Part shown: in pieces, positions 25,982-35,043 of the stretch
How positions within the stretch are numbered: position 1 is the stretch's first letter
How the letters are laid out: every line of letters starts with the position of its first letter
NCBI GenBank assembly: GCA_025055755.1
Contig: JANWWF010000002.1
Span: 199,628-263,627, forward strand
DNA length: 64,000 nucleotides
DNA from: Candidatus Kapaibacterium sp.
Lineage (GTDB): Bacteria > Bacteroidota > Ignavibacteria > Kapaibacteriales > NICIL-2
Direction: 5' to 3'
Program-made: the position numbers and the translations under genes
Notes under the pieces: model-generated
Database searches by the model: none
The model's input: the letters and a program-made list of their open reading frames with translations, nothing else
Told to the model about the DNA's origin: nothing

Positions 25982-28390
25982 ATGCGTATTGTCCTTTCTT
26001 GGTTGCAAGAACTTGTCGAGTGGCGCGGTACGGTATCTGAACTTTCCTCGCTATTAGTAAATGAAGGTATCGAAGTCGAGGCTATTGAGGAGGTAGGGAT
26101 ACACACAGAGGCAATTGTTACAGCGCAAGTTATCGAAGTAATGCCCCATCCCGCTGCAGATCATCTTGCGGTGTGTACGGTGTATGATGGTAGCTCAAGG
26201 CGCCAAGTCGTATGTGGGGCACCTAATGTTCAAGTTGGACAACTTGTTGCACTTGCTCTTCCCGGTGCTCGGTTGCCGAATGGACAAGTGCTTGACAGCC
26301 GAAAAATTCGGGGTATTGATTCGCAAGGAATGCTTTGCTCCGAGTCGGAATTAGGTATCGGGGAAGACCATAGTGGAATTGTTGTACTCGATGAAAAAAT
26401 TGGGGTTGGGGTTCCATTGTATAAGGTGTATCCACCAGATGTTGTTTTGGAAATAGGAATCACACCCAATCGTGCCGATGCGCTGTCCCATTATGGTGTT
26501 GCGCGGATTATTGCCGCCGCTTCGGGATGTACAGCTCGTCTACCTGCAGTGGAAGAGATACAGGCGCAACAAGTCATTCCAATCGAGATCGTAGAGCCTG
26601 ATCTGTGTCCACGGTATGCAGGTGCTTTATTGGAGGGAGTCCATCCGTATCCATCGCCCCCCTGGTTAGCGCGTCGGTTGCAGCTTGCCGGAGTCCGCTC
26701 CCGGAATCTGATTGTTGATGTAACCAACTATGTTATGCTTGAATGCGGACAACCACTTCATGCATTTGATTATGAACGGCTTGCCCAGGGGCGTATCGTA
26801 GTTCGCCGCGCGATTCAAAATGAACGGATAACAACTCTGGACGGAGTGGAACGGACGCTTGACAGTGAAACGCTCTGTATTTGTGATGCTGAGCGTCCGC
26901 AAGCTGTGGCGGGCATCATGGGCGGATTAGAGTCTGCAATCAGTAGTGAGACCAGGCAAGTATTGATCGAGTCTGCATATTTTGCACCTCGCAATATTCG
27001 TCGAACGGCGAAAACATTGGGGCTGCACACAGATGCAGCATATCGCTTCGAGCGAGGTACAGACGTCGAAATGGTGCCATACGCCTTACGCCGCGCAGCA
27101 ACCTTAATTGCTCGTTTGAGCAATGCTCAGATAACCCATTGGGCTGACTGTTATCCTCGTCCATGGAAAGAACCTACTGTGGAGTTCCGCTTCGACCATG
27201 CACGTCGAGTGTTAGGAATGGATATTAGCCGATCAACTTTCATATCAGCGATAGCAGGACGTGGCTTCAATATCATCTCAGAGGGGGAGAAAGGCCTCAC
27301 TGTGAGGGTGCCATCATTTCGGCATGATGTTCGTTCCGAAATTGACCTTATCGAAGAGGTAGCTATTGGGGTCGGTTATGACACAGTTCCTCCTTCGCCA
27401 TCTGTAACCCTTTCTTTGTCCCTGGATACAGTTCCAGCGCCACTTGAGGTGTCTCCCGTGCGGCAGGATGTACGGCAGTACTTAGCAGCAATTGGCTTCC
27501 ACGAAGCATTGAGTTATAATCTCAGTGATCCTGCAACCCTCTTGGAAGCGGAAAAGGCGGTGGAAATCGCTAATGCGTTGGGACGAGAACGGAGTGTGCT
27601 GCGGCAGTGGCTTTTGCCAACTATGGTGGAAATTCTCTCGCGGAATGCACGCTGTGGAGTGCGAATTATTCGGGTTTTTGAAATAGGCAAGGTTTTCCGC
27701 CAAGAGCACACTATCACAAGCACAGGCATTCCGGTGACAGAGGAAGAGCACTTGTGCATTGCATTAGCAGGGATATATCGCGAGCGCCATTGGCTTGAGC
27801 CATCGAGACCAGTGGATTTTTTCGATCTCAAAAGTGCAGTTGAGGGGCTAACGAGACGGTTTAGAATGCTCTGTCAATGGCGAGTTGCATCAAGGATGTC
27901 CCATCTTCATCAATGGTTGCAAGACCCGGTCGTGGAGATTCTTCTCGATGGTCAAGTGATCGGTTATGCAGGATCTATTTCCCCTCGACTGTTGCGTCAA
28001 TACGACATTGCCGACGGTGCTGTGGTTGCAGAACTTTCAATGAAGCCTTTCTACGAACGTCGGATACAGTGGGATCATTATCAGCCTCCGTCGCCATTTC
28101 CAACAGTGGTGCGAGATATCGCAGTAGTAGTGGATAGTACAATTCCCAGTGCTGCTCTTGAGGCAACAATTCGAGACGCTATTGGTGAGCTTGTGTCCGA
28201 TGTGGCGCCATTTGATGTCTTTGAGCATCCGGGGCTTGGCGAAGGCAAAAAAAGTATTGCATTTACTCTTACCTTTAGCTCTTCTGAGCGAACATTAACA
28301 GATGAAGAGGTTAACATGGCCGTCGAACAAGCAGTGAAGGCACTTGCGTCTGCTTATGGTGCTGTGCTACGATCGTCAACCACTCAGTGA
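25982..28390 (+). CDS. pheT: Phenylalanine--tRNA ligase beta subunit
   Basis: 802 aa; MRIVLSWLQELVEW start, tRNA-binding, B3/4, B5 and FDX-ACB layout typical of PheT; no pheS adjacent. Confidence 0.9.
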   Translation: MRIVLSWLQELVEWRGTVSELSSLLVNEGIEVEAIEEVGIHTEAIVTAQVIEVMPHPAADHLAVCTVYDGSSRRQVVCGAPNVQVGQLVALALPGARLPNGQVLDSRKIRGIDSQGMLCSESELGIGEDHSGIVVLDEKIGVGVPLYKVYPPDVVLEIGITPNRADALSHYGVARIIAAASGCTARLPAVEEIQAQQVIPIEIVEPDLCPRYAGALLEGVHPYPSPPWLARRLQLAGVRSRNLIVDVTNYVMLECGQPLHAFDYERLAQGRIVVRRAIQNERITTLDGVERTLDSETLCICDAERPQAVAGIMGGLESAISSETRQVLIESAYFAPRNIRRTAKTLGLHTDAAYRFERGTDVEMVPYALRRAATLIARLSNAQITHWADCYPRPWKEPTVEFRFDHARRVLGMDISRSTFISAIAGRGFNIISEGEKGLTVRVPSFRHDVRSEIDLIEEVAIGVGYDTVPPSPSVTLSLSLDTVPAPLEVSPVRQDVRQYLAAIGFHEALSYNLSDPATLLEAEKAVEIANALGRERSVLRQWLLPTMVEILSRNARCGVRIIRVFEIGKVFRQEHTITSTGIPVTEEEHLCIALAGIYRERHWLEPSRPVDFFDLKSAVEGLTRRFRMLCQWRVASRMSHLHQWLQDPVVEILLDGQVIGYAGSISPRLLRQYDIADGAVVAELSMKPFYERRIQWDHYQPPSPFPTVVRDIAVVVDSTIPSAALEATIRDAIGELVSDVAPFDVFEHPGLGEGKKSIAFTLTFSSSERTLTDEEVNMAVEQAVKALASAYGAVLRSSTTQ

Positions 28391-28394
28391 ATGC

Positions 28395-29987
28395 ATGCTG
28401 ATGGAAGAAAATGTTGCAACTGTTAAAGCGGAGATAGAGCGTTTGTGGAAACAGCTCTACAACATTGGCGCGATGCTACAAACAACAGCCGAGCAGTACC
28501 GTGCAGCTCGTGAGACAAACAGGAAACTTGAAGCGCAAGTTCAGGGGCTATCAGAGCAACTTAAGTACTACGAGCACCAGCAGGAGGAGATAAGCCACCT
28601 TCGTTCCGCACTCCAATCGGCTGAAGATCGGCTTAGACAAGCTAATGAGGCAATTGCTCTTTTAGAGCAGCAGCGGCAGCAATTAGAGCAGGTGCTCAAT
28701 GCCCAACAGTTAGAATTTGAAAGCTATGAGCAGCTTCGTTCGGAACTTACTACGCTGCAACAGTTATATGGGCAGCTGACCGAAGACTATCGTGCTGTCC
28801 AGCAACAAGTTGCACAGGTGGAAACCCTGGAAAAAGAAAACCTCCAGTTACGAGATATTATCGCACAATACGAGCATGAACACCTACGCGCAGTTGCGCA
28901 GCAAGAAGAGCTCGACTATCTCCGGCAGCTTGTTGAACAACTCCGAAGAGAGAAGGAGGACTTGGCTGGCCAATTGGCGGCAGAGAAAGAAACTCAACAA
29001 TTGCTTCAGCAGAAGATTGTGCAAGGAGAAGCTCTTCGCCTCGAATTAGAAAAAGCAAATGCAACTGTTGCAGATCTTCGTACCCAATTGCGGCAGAAAG
29101 AGACTGAGATAGCACAGCTTCGCCAGCATGTTGATTATGCAGAACAGGTACTGGCGAATTCACTACCCAACGAGATGTTTGAACAATGGAAACGTCAACT
29201 GCAACAAGAATTGGAAAGCAGTGCTGCACATGCAGCAGAACTTGCTGAACAACTACACCGTGTCGGAGCAGAGCGAGATGACCTACTGGAGACACTCAAA
29301 CAGAAACAAACTGAGTTGGAACAACTGCAATCTCAATATGACACCTTACGCAAGCAGTACGATGAACTGGTGCAAAGTCATTCCCAGATCAATAGCAATG
29401 ATTCAAGTGAAAGGGAGCAAGTGAGCAAGTTATTGCAACAACTTGAACTGAGCGAAAAGGCAGCTCAACAGCACCAGCAACGATTAGTAGAGCTAACCGA
29501 GCAAATAGCAAATCTCCAAAGTCTTGTGGCACAGTATCAGCAACAGCAGCAGAGCATCGAACAGCAAATAGCCGATGCTCTTTCTCCCTTTCAAATTAAA
29601 CTAGAAGCTGCAGAGCGGGAACGCAAGCACTTACAAGAGCAGATTTTGCATCAGCGGCAGCGCATTGTACAGCTTGAAGATGAGCTTCGAAAGGAGTTAG
29701 AAAGAAACATCCTTCTCAAACGCCGAATCCGGCAGCTGGAAGGTTTTCCTTCCTCCGTGCAGATAACTCAAGTTTTAGAAGCAATTCGTCACCTTCATGA
29801 GCAATTGGTTGCTAATGTTCATTCCGATCAAGAGGGTGGTTACTCATCTGTGTCTCCGGAGCTGAGGGAAGTAATAGCACAGGTAACACAATTGGTAAAC
29901 CACCGACTAAATTTGGTATTTGAGGAGGACCTCCGTCGAGCAGTTACTGAATGTCGGTGCTTACTGGAGGAGTACTTGCGTCGATAA
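28395..29987 (+). CDS. Long coiled-coil protein (Q/E/L-rich), function unknown
   Basis: ~530 aa of heptad-like low-complexity sequence (LEQQRQQLEQVLNAQQLEFES...); start immediately after pheT stop; directly upstream of zapA. Confidence 0.5.
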   Translation: MLMEENVATVKAEIERLWKQLYNIGAMLQTTAEQYRAARETNRKLEAQVQGLSEQLKYYEHQQEEISHLRSALQSAEDRLRQANEAIALLEQQRQQLEQVLNAQQLEFESYEQLRSELTTLQQLYGQLTEDYRAVQQQVAQVETLEKENLQLRDIIAQYEHEHLRAVAQQEELDYLRQLVEQLRREKEDLAGQLAAEKETQQLLQQKIVQGEALRLELEKANATVADLRTQLRQKETEIAQLRQHVDYAEQVLANSLPNEMFEQWKRQLQQELESSAAHAAELAEQLHRVGAERDDLLETLKQKQTELEQLQSQYDTLRKQYDELVQSHSQINSNDSSEREQVSKLLQQLELSEKAAQQHQQRLVELTEQIANLQSLVAQYQQQQQSIEQQIADALSPFQIKLEAAERERKHLQEQILHQRQRIVQLEDELRKELERNILLKRRIRQLEGFPSSVQITQVLEAIRHLHEQLVANVHSDQEGGYSSVSPELREVIAQVTQLVNHRLNLVFEEDLRRAVTECRCLLEEYLRR

Positions 29988-30087
29988 TGCGCATAAGTGG
30001 CGAATTCTACAACAAAGTTTATTGATTTCCGTTTTTTCAAGCGGTCGAGTTTGTAAATTCGACCAGTGCAACGATGATGGAAGCCAA

Positions 30088-30387
30088 ATGACGACGGTGA
30101 CGGTTACTATTGGTGGACGTCAGCTTCGGCTACGATGTGAAGATGAGCAGCGCACGCTCAAAGCAGCTGCAGAGGTCGAAAACGTTTTTCGTGCCTTACA
30201 ACACGAGTCAAGCGATCAATCAACACCAATACTGACACTTCTTGCTGCCCTTAACATAGCTGAACGGCATGATGCCGCAAGAGAACAGTACAAGGCTACC
30301 CTTGAGTATGTTCTGGAACAGCTTCGTGCAATGAGCATATACGCTGATGATATTATACGCCAAACGGTAGAGTTAGCAGCAGGATAG
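30088..30387 (+). CDS. zapA: Cell division protein ZapA
   Basis: MTTVTVTIGGRQLRLRCEDEQRTLKAAAEVENVFRAL... matches ZapA N-terminal pattern; ~100 aa (upstream part of listed ORF judged non-coding). Confidence 0.7.
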   Translation: MTTVTVTIGGRQLRLRCEDEQRTLKAAAEVENVFRALQHESSDQSTPILTLLAALNIAERHDAAREQYKATLEYVLEQLRAMSIYADDIIRQTVELAAG

Positions 30388-30444
30388 TGGGGAACATCAA
30401 TGGTGACCAGATGCGTAGCGTCGTTGTTCTTTGGAAAAAATCCT

Positions 30445-30692
30445 GACAAATGCGAGCCGTACTTCATCATCGTTGCACACGCGTAGCGCAGAACCGATAG
30501 GGTAAAAGCAGGGAAATAGGCTCCGCATCCCAATGGCAGACTGCACCGCACCTTGTGCGGCCAGACTTTCTGGCAGCAGGAGCCAGCGGCATGCGGGCTA
30601 TTACCCACTGTGTGCTTGGAGGGTTCTTGCGATACCCCGTGCTGCCACTGCTCTCAGTGGCGCAGGATGTATGGAGTACGGCTCGTGTTTTT
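30445..30692 (+). ncRNA. Candidate structured small RNA, possibly 6S RNA (ssrS)
   Basis: Perfect 11-bp long-range complement cgagccgtact (30453-30463) / agtacggctcg (30674-30684) closing a ~220-nt region with several internal hairpins (ccgcac/gtgcgg; gccactg/cagtggc; ggcagca/tgctgcc), followed by TTTTTT at 30687-30692; located right after zapA as ssrS is in E. coli. Confidence 0.45.
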
Positions 30693-30731
30693 TCTTCGGT
30701 AATGTTTCACTATACCCCTACAGGATGAACA

Positions 30732-32294
30732 ATGGAGTACATGACAATACTGATTTTGAGTGTCGTAGGATTAGTATTAGGCTTCGGGGTTGCGTACTTT
30801 GCTGGTAGTCGCGCGGCGGCTAATCGAATCGCAGATGCCCAGGAAAAAGCGAAAGCGATCTTAGAGGAAGCCGAAAAAGAGGCTCGGACGATCAAAAAAG
30901 AACGCTTGCTCGAGGTTAAGGAAGAACTTCACAAGAAGCGCCAGGAGCTCGAGAAAGAATATGCTGCACGCCGAGCAAAATTGCAAAGTCAAGAAAAGCA
31001 GCTTGTTAGTCGTGAAGAGGCTATCGAAAGCAAGCTTGAGCTGATTGCTCGAAAAGAAAAACAGATCCAACAAGCCGATCAGGAGCTCCAACGTAAGCAG
31101 CGACTTATTGAGCAAAAACTTAAAGAAGCAGAAGCGCTTGTGGCAGAACAGAACAAGCGCTTAGAGCGTATTACGGGCATGTCACAAGAAGAGGCAAAGC
31201 GCTATCTTATCGAGAACATGGTAAATGAAGCACGAGCGGAGGCTGCGCTCCTTGTCAAGCAGATTCGTGATGAAGCTAAACAACAAGCCCAGCGGGAAGC
31301 GCAGAAACTTGTTATTGAAGCAATTCAGCGGACAGCCTCGGACCATTGCGTCGAAACAACAGTCTCTGTTGTCAATCTCGCTAGCGAGGAGCTCAAAGGA
31401 CGTATCATTGGAAAGGAAGGGAGAAATATTCGAGCCTTTGAATCGGCAACAGGTGTTGATTTGATCATCGATGATACACCGGAGGCGGTAGCAATTTCAG
31501 CGTTCGATCCTTATCGTCGGGAAATAGCGCGCATTGCGCTTGAGCGATTGTTAGCAGATGGACGTATCCACCCTGCACGTATCGAGGAGGTGGTGGAAAA
31601 AGCCCGCAAGGAGGTAGATGAGGAGATAGTCCGTGCAGGCGAGCAGGCAGTTATCGAGCTTGGCATTCACAATATGCACCCCGAGCTGATTCGCCATGTG
31701 GGCAAAATGAAGTACCGATCCAGTTACGGACAGAATCTACTTGCGCATTCGATCGAGGTGGCGTTTCTTGCGGGGATTATGGCTGCAGAGTTAGGACTTG
31801 ATGTTCAACATGCGAAACGCGCGGGCTTGCTCCATGACATTGGCAAGGTGCTTGACCGTAATACTGACGGTCCACACGCTATCCTGGGTATGGAGCTCGC
31901 TAAGCGCTATCGTGAACATCACGTCGTTTGCAATGCCATCGGTGCTCACCATGAGGATATCGAAATGGAAACGCCAATTGCAGTATTGGTGCAAGCAGCT
32001 GATTCAATTAGTGGTGCGCGCCCCGGTGCCCGCCGTGAGTCGCTCGAGCAATATATCAAGCGCCTGGAGAAGCTCGAAGAAATTGCTATGAGTTTCGACG
32101 GAGTACAGAAAACGTTTGCTATTCAAGCAGGAAGGGAAGTTCGTGTTATTGTCGAACCGGAAAAAGTAGATGATCTAACAGCAGACCAGCTTGCAACTGA
32201 CATTGCCAAGCGAATAGAAGAAGAAATGGATTATCCCGGACAGATTAAAGTTACCGTTATTCGAGAACGGCGCAGCTACGCCATAGCAAAGTGA
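30732..32294 (+). CDS. rny: Ribonuclease Y
   Basis: 520 aa; N-terminal TM helix, coiled-coil, KH ([13 protein letters not shown]) and HD ([19 protein letters not shown]...LLHDIGK) domains. Confidence 0.9.
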   Translation: MEYMTILILSVVGLVLGFGVAYFAGSRAAANRIADAQEKAKAILEEAEKEARTIKKERLLEVKEELHKKRQELEKEYAARRAKLQSQEKQLVSREEAIESKLELIARKEKQIQQADQELQRKQRLIEQKLKEAEALVAEQNKRLERITGMSQEEAKRYLIENMVNEARAEAALLVKQIRDEAKQQAQREAQKLVIEAIQRTASDHCVETTVSVVNLASEELKGRIIGKEGRNIRAFESATGVDLIIDDTPEAVAISAFDPYRREIARIALERLLADGRIHPARIEEVVEKARKEVDEEIVRAGEQAVIELGIHNMHPELIRHVGKMKYRSSYGQNLLAHSIEVAFLAGIMAAELGLDVQHAKRAGLLHDIGKVLDRNTDGPHAILGMELAKRYREHHVVCNAIGAHHEDIEMETPIAVLVQAADSISGARPGARRESLEQYIKRLEKLEEIAMSFDGVQKTFAIQAGREVRVIVEPEKVDDLTADQLATDIAKRIEEEMDYPGQIKVTVIRERRSYAIAK

Positions 32295-32409
32295 TGCCTA
32301 TAGCAGGATAATAAATAGTTGCAGGAGGATAGAAAGTTGCCCTTTGGGGCGATGGAGATGATGGATTATTCTTGATGGCGGAAGCGTTTGACGGAAAAGT
32401 GGACATCTA

Positions 32410-33261
32410 TTATCCCTTCCTTTGCGGTGAGGCTTGTTCTGCTTCGTACTGCTGCAGCTTTTTTCGCAGGTCATTACAAATTTGCGTATGAATTTGGCAT
32501 ATGCGACTTTCTGTTAGCCCAAGAATTTCACCTATTTCCTTGAAGGTGAGCTCTTCATAGTAGTACAGTGTCATTACTAATCGCTTGCGCTCGGGAAGCT
32601 GTTGAAGGTACTCTCGTACAAAGTTGACTCGCTCCTCTCGTACGAGTCTTGAAAATGGAGTCTCTGCATCAAAGTCGGGTAACTCTTCTATCGTGTCATG
32701 CTCATTGCCTTCATCATCATAAGTAACCTCCGAATTCATCATCGAAAACGTGGCGTTCGCAGCTGCCATCGCACTTAGGTATGACTGGTACTCTTCCGGT
32801 GATATACCCAGTCGTGCTTGAATTTCCTCTGGTGAGGCTTCGCGTCCAAGTTCACTCCGGAGACGGTCACTTATTTCCGTTAGCTCGTGAACTTTTTGAC
32901 GGGCTGATCGTGAAAGCCAATCTAGTTTACGCATTTCATCAAGAATGATGCCGCGAACGCGAGGTACTGCAAAGGTTTCGAACTTGATACCTCGCTCGGG
33001 CTCGAAGCGCTCAATTGCGTCGTGCAATCCAAGAATTCCTACATGGAGGAAATCTTCCTCATTCAGCAGCGCGTTTGAAGGTATGTTCATGTTGTAGAGC
33101 GTGTATCGCACGATCCAGAGGTAGTGCAGGAGTAATTGTCGTTTGATCTCATTTTTTCGTGCTTTTGAGATACGGCGCGAGCGCAACTCTTGCCAGAGTT
33201 CTGCAAAAGCTATCTCTCCTGTTGTTCCCTGCTGAGAAGGGGATATTTTTTGCATGGCCAT
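32410..33261 (-). CDS. fliA: RNA polymerase sigma factor FliA/WhiG family (sigma-28)
   Basis: 283 aa; regions 2-4 of sigma-70 family with FliA-like conservation (LWQEL...YLWIVRY...GILGLHDAIERFEPERGIKFETFAVPRVRGIILDEMR). Confidence 0.7.
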   Translation of the reverse strand: MAMQKISPSQQGTTGEIAFAELWQELRSRRISKARKNEIKRQLLLHYLWIVRYTLYNMNIPSNALLNEEDFLHVGILGLHDAIERFEPERGIKFETFAVPRVRGIILDEMRKLDWLSRSARQKVHELTEISDRLRSELGREASPEEIQARLGISPEEYQSYLSAMAAANATFSMMNSEVTYDDEGNEHDTIEELPDFDAETPFSRLVREERVNFVREYLQQLPERKRLVMTLYYYEELTFKEIGEILGLTESRICQIHTQICNDLRKKLQQYEAEQASPQRKG

Positions 33262-33269
33262 AATCTACG

Positions 33270-33653
33270 CTATTGTTGGACAGACTGCTCTATAGGAGGA
33301 GGCGCTTGCTGTGTCGGCGGAGTAGAAGAGCGCAGGTGACCGCTTGGGAATGTCGAGAGGAGTGCGGCCATCTGTTCCTCTTCCGCAAGTCGCTGCTTTT
33401 CTTGTAGTTCTTGTTGCTTTATAGCATGGAGCACAGCAACAACTGTGACCATAACAATACTTCCTGCAACTGAAAAGCCAAGAAATATCAGCATGGCACG
33501 CAGGAGTATTCGGTAAATGTCGTTGTCACCTGCAGCCAATTGAATTAGAACGCTAATAGAGGTCGCAAGGGTACTTACGTTGAAGACTAAACCAATAGGA
33601 TAGCGCAAAGTATATTTTTCTTCAGTCCGTTTGGAGGATTTACGTTTGCCCAT
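33270..33653 (-). CDS. Small membrane protein, unknown function
   Basis: 127 aa, two predicted TM helices, Q/E-rich C-terminus; sits where flhG normally lies between flhF and fliA. Confidence 0.35.
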   Translation of the reverse strand: MGKRKSSKRTEEKYTLRYPIGLVFNVSTLATSISVLIQLAAGDNDIYRILLRAMLIFLGFSVAGSIVMVTVVAVLHAIKQQELQEKQRLAEEEQMAALLSTFPSGHLRSSTPPTQQAPPPIEQSVQQ

Positions 33654-33663
33654 GGTTGTAGAA

Positions 33664-34845
33664 TCAGGTTGCTAATGAACGGTTACCAGATGCTCCGAAT
33701 AATGATTTCATCAGATAATCAATGCTTGGCTCGACGAGATCATTGTTTAATCGCGTGCCTGCAGTTAGTAATGAGATGGGGATATCACGATCCCACAGCA
33801 ATGACAGAATATGACCAAGCCGCTGAGCCTCATCGAGTTTCGTCAGCACTAAGCGTATAGCAGAATATCGGTGGTATTGTTCAAGAATTGCTTGGGCAGT
33901 GTTTTGGTCTGAAGTTGCGGGAATCGTGAGAAATACTACGCCGCCATTGTCTTGAACGCAACCCACCACTGACTCAATGAGTGGTAAAGTGCGTTCGGAT
34001 GGTGCAGGTAGATCTACAAGTGTAAAGTGTCGTTCAGCTGTGCACGCTTGTTGAAGCTCTATAGTATTGTGTATAACAGAAAATCCAACCTTGAGGAGGG
34101 AAGCAAATGAACGCAGCTGATCACTTGCCCCCATGCGTTCGTTGTCAGCGTTGAGTATTTGTAAGCTCGAACGGGGATAGCTTTGTTGCAGCCGGATAGC
34201 TGTTTTCATCAATGTCGTTGTTTTGCCACTCCCACTGGGACCAGCAAAAGCAATGATAGGGGGAATTGCGCCGCTAAAGGGAGAGCGTACTCGGAGAAGT
34301 TGGCTCAATATCACACGAAGGCGATCAAGGCATCCGTCAAATGTTACTGCTTTGCCCTCTTCTATGACAGAACTTATTAGATGACCCGCATGGGTCTCAC
34401 TAAATCCCGCATCGCGGAGCATACTGTATAACTGACGGTATGGGTGGGGCAAAACATTGCTATAGCGATAGGCAACTGCGTAGGTGAGTTCTGTGAGTTT
34501 CGCGGAAAGATGGTGAATTTCTTGTTCTAATTTTTCTATATCATTGTTTGCTCGAGAGGTGCCTTCTATAAAGTATCGCAATGGAACAGGTTCCCCTTTG
34601 TCGAGAGCTGGTGTGCGGCTATGAAATGAGGGAGCACCCGCCGCATGAATTACCGTTTGGCTTGGGAATGCGGATGTATTAGTAGCCATCCCGACAACTT
34701 CTGCAAATGGTTGGCCACTGCTATCTATCCCCGATTGAGTTGCCAGAAGCAATGCATCCTCTCCCAATTCGCGACGCATGGCTTCGAGTGCTTGTCGCAG
34801 TGTAGGGGCTATAAATTTTTTTGTTCGTGTTGCCATGAAATGCAT
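33664..34845 (-). CDS. flhF: Flagellar biosynthesis GTPase FlhF (SRP-type)
   Basis: 393 aa; N-terminal MHFMATRTKKFIAPTLRQALEAMRRELGEDALLLAT (FlhF B-domain pattern), GPSGSGKTTTLMK P-loop, LTKLDEA motif. Confidence 0.7.
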   Translation of the reverse strand: MHFMATRTKKFIAPTLRQALEAMRRELGEDALLLATQSGIDSSGQPFAEVVGMATNTSAFPSQTVIHAAGAPSFHSRTPALDKGEPVPLRYFIEGTSRANNDIEKLEQEIHHLSAKLTELTYAVAYRYSNVLPHPYRQLYSMLRDAGFSETHAGHLISSVIEEGKAVTFDGCLDRLRVILSQLLRVRSPFSGAIPPIIAFAGPSGSGKTTTLMKTAIRLQQSYPRSSLQILNADNERMGASDQLRSFASLLKVGFSVIHNTIELQQACTAERHFTLVDLPAPSERTLPLIESVVGCVQDNGGVVFLTIPATSDQNTAQAILEQYHRYSAIRLVLTKLDEAQRLGHILSLLWDRDIPISLLTAGTRLNNDLVEPSIDYLMKSLFGASGNRSLAT

Positions 34846-35043
34846 CCTTGCAGAGGGGACTTCTCTCCACTAACCGTAAAAACTGTGCCAGATTTCCCTT
34901 CCGCAGCTTTTCCGTTTAGCTTTATATTGCAAAAGACAATAAGCGTCAGCAATGTTGGGGGGAAAGAGCGACATTGAGCTTTACACCACCCCGAGCAAGC
35001 GACGCTGATGCAGGGTCATCGTTTCTCAACTACCTGTTCAAAA

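Noticed and set aside
28344-28394. Upstream Met (28344) of the coiled-coil ORF overlapping pheT
   Set aside because: It would overlap the last 47 nt of pheT in another frame. The downstream ATG at 28395/28401 gives a non-overlapping start immediately after the pheT stop.
30387-30444. Leading portion of the zapA-rny intergenic region as part of the ncRNA
   Set aside because: The long-range closing stem starts at 30453, and upstream sequence is A/T-rich and more likely promoter; the ncRNA call is limited to 30445-30692.
32295-32409. Convergent terminator between rny and fliA
   Set aside because: No convincing GC-rich hairpin with U-run was found in either orientation by eye.
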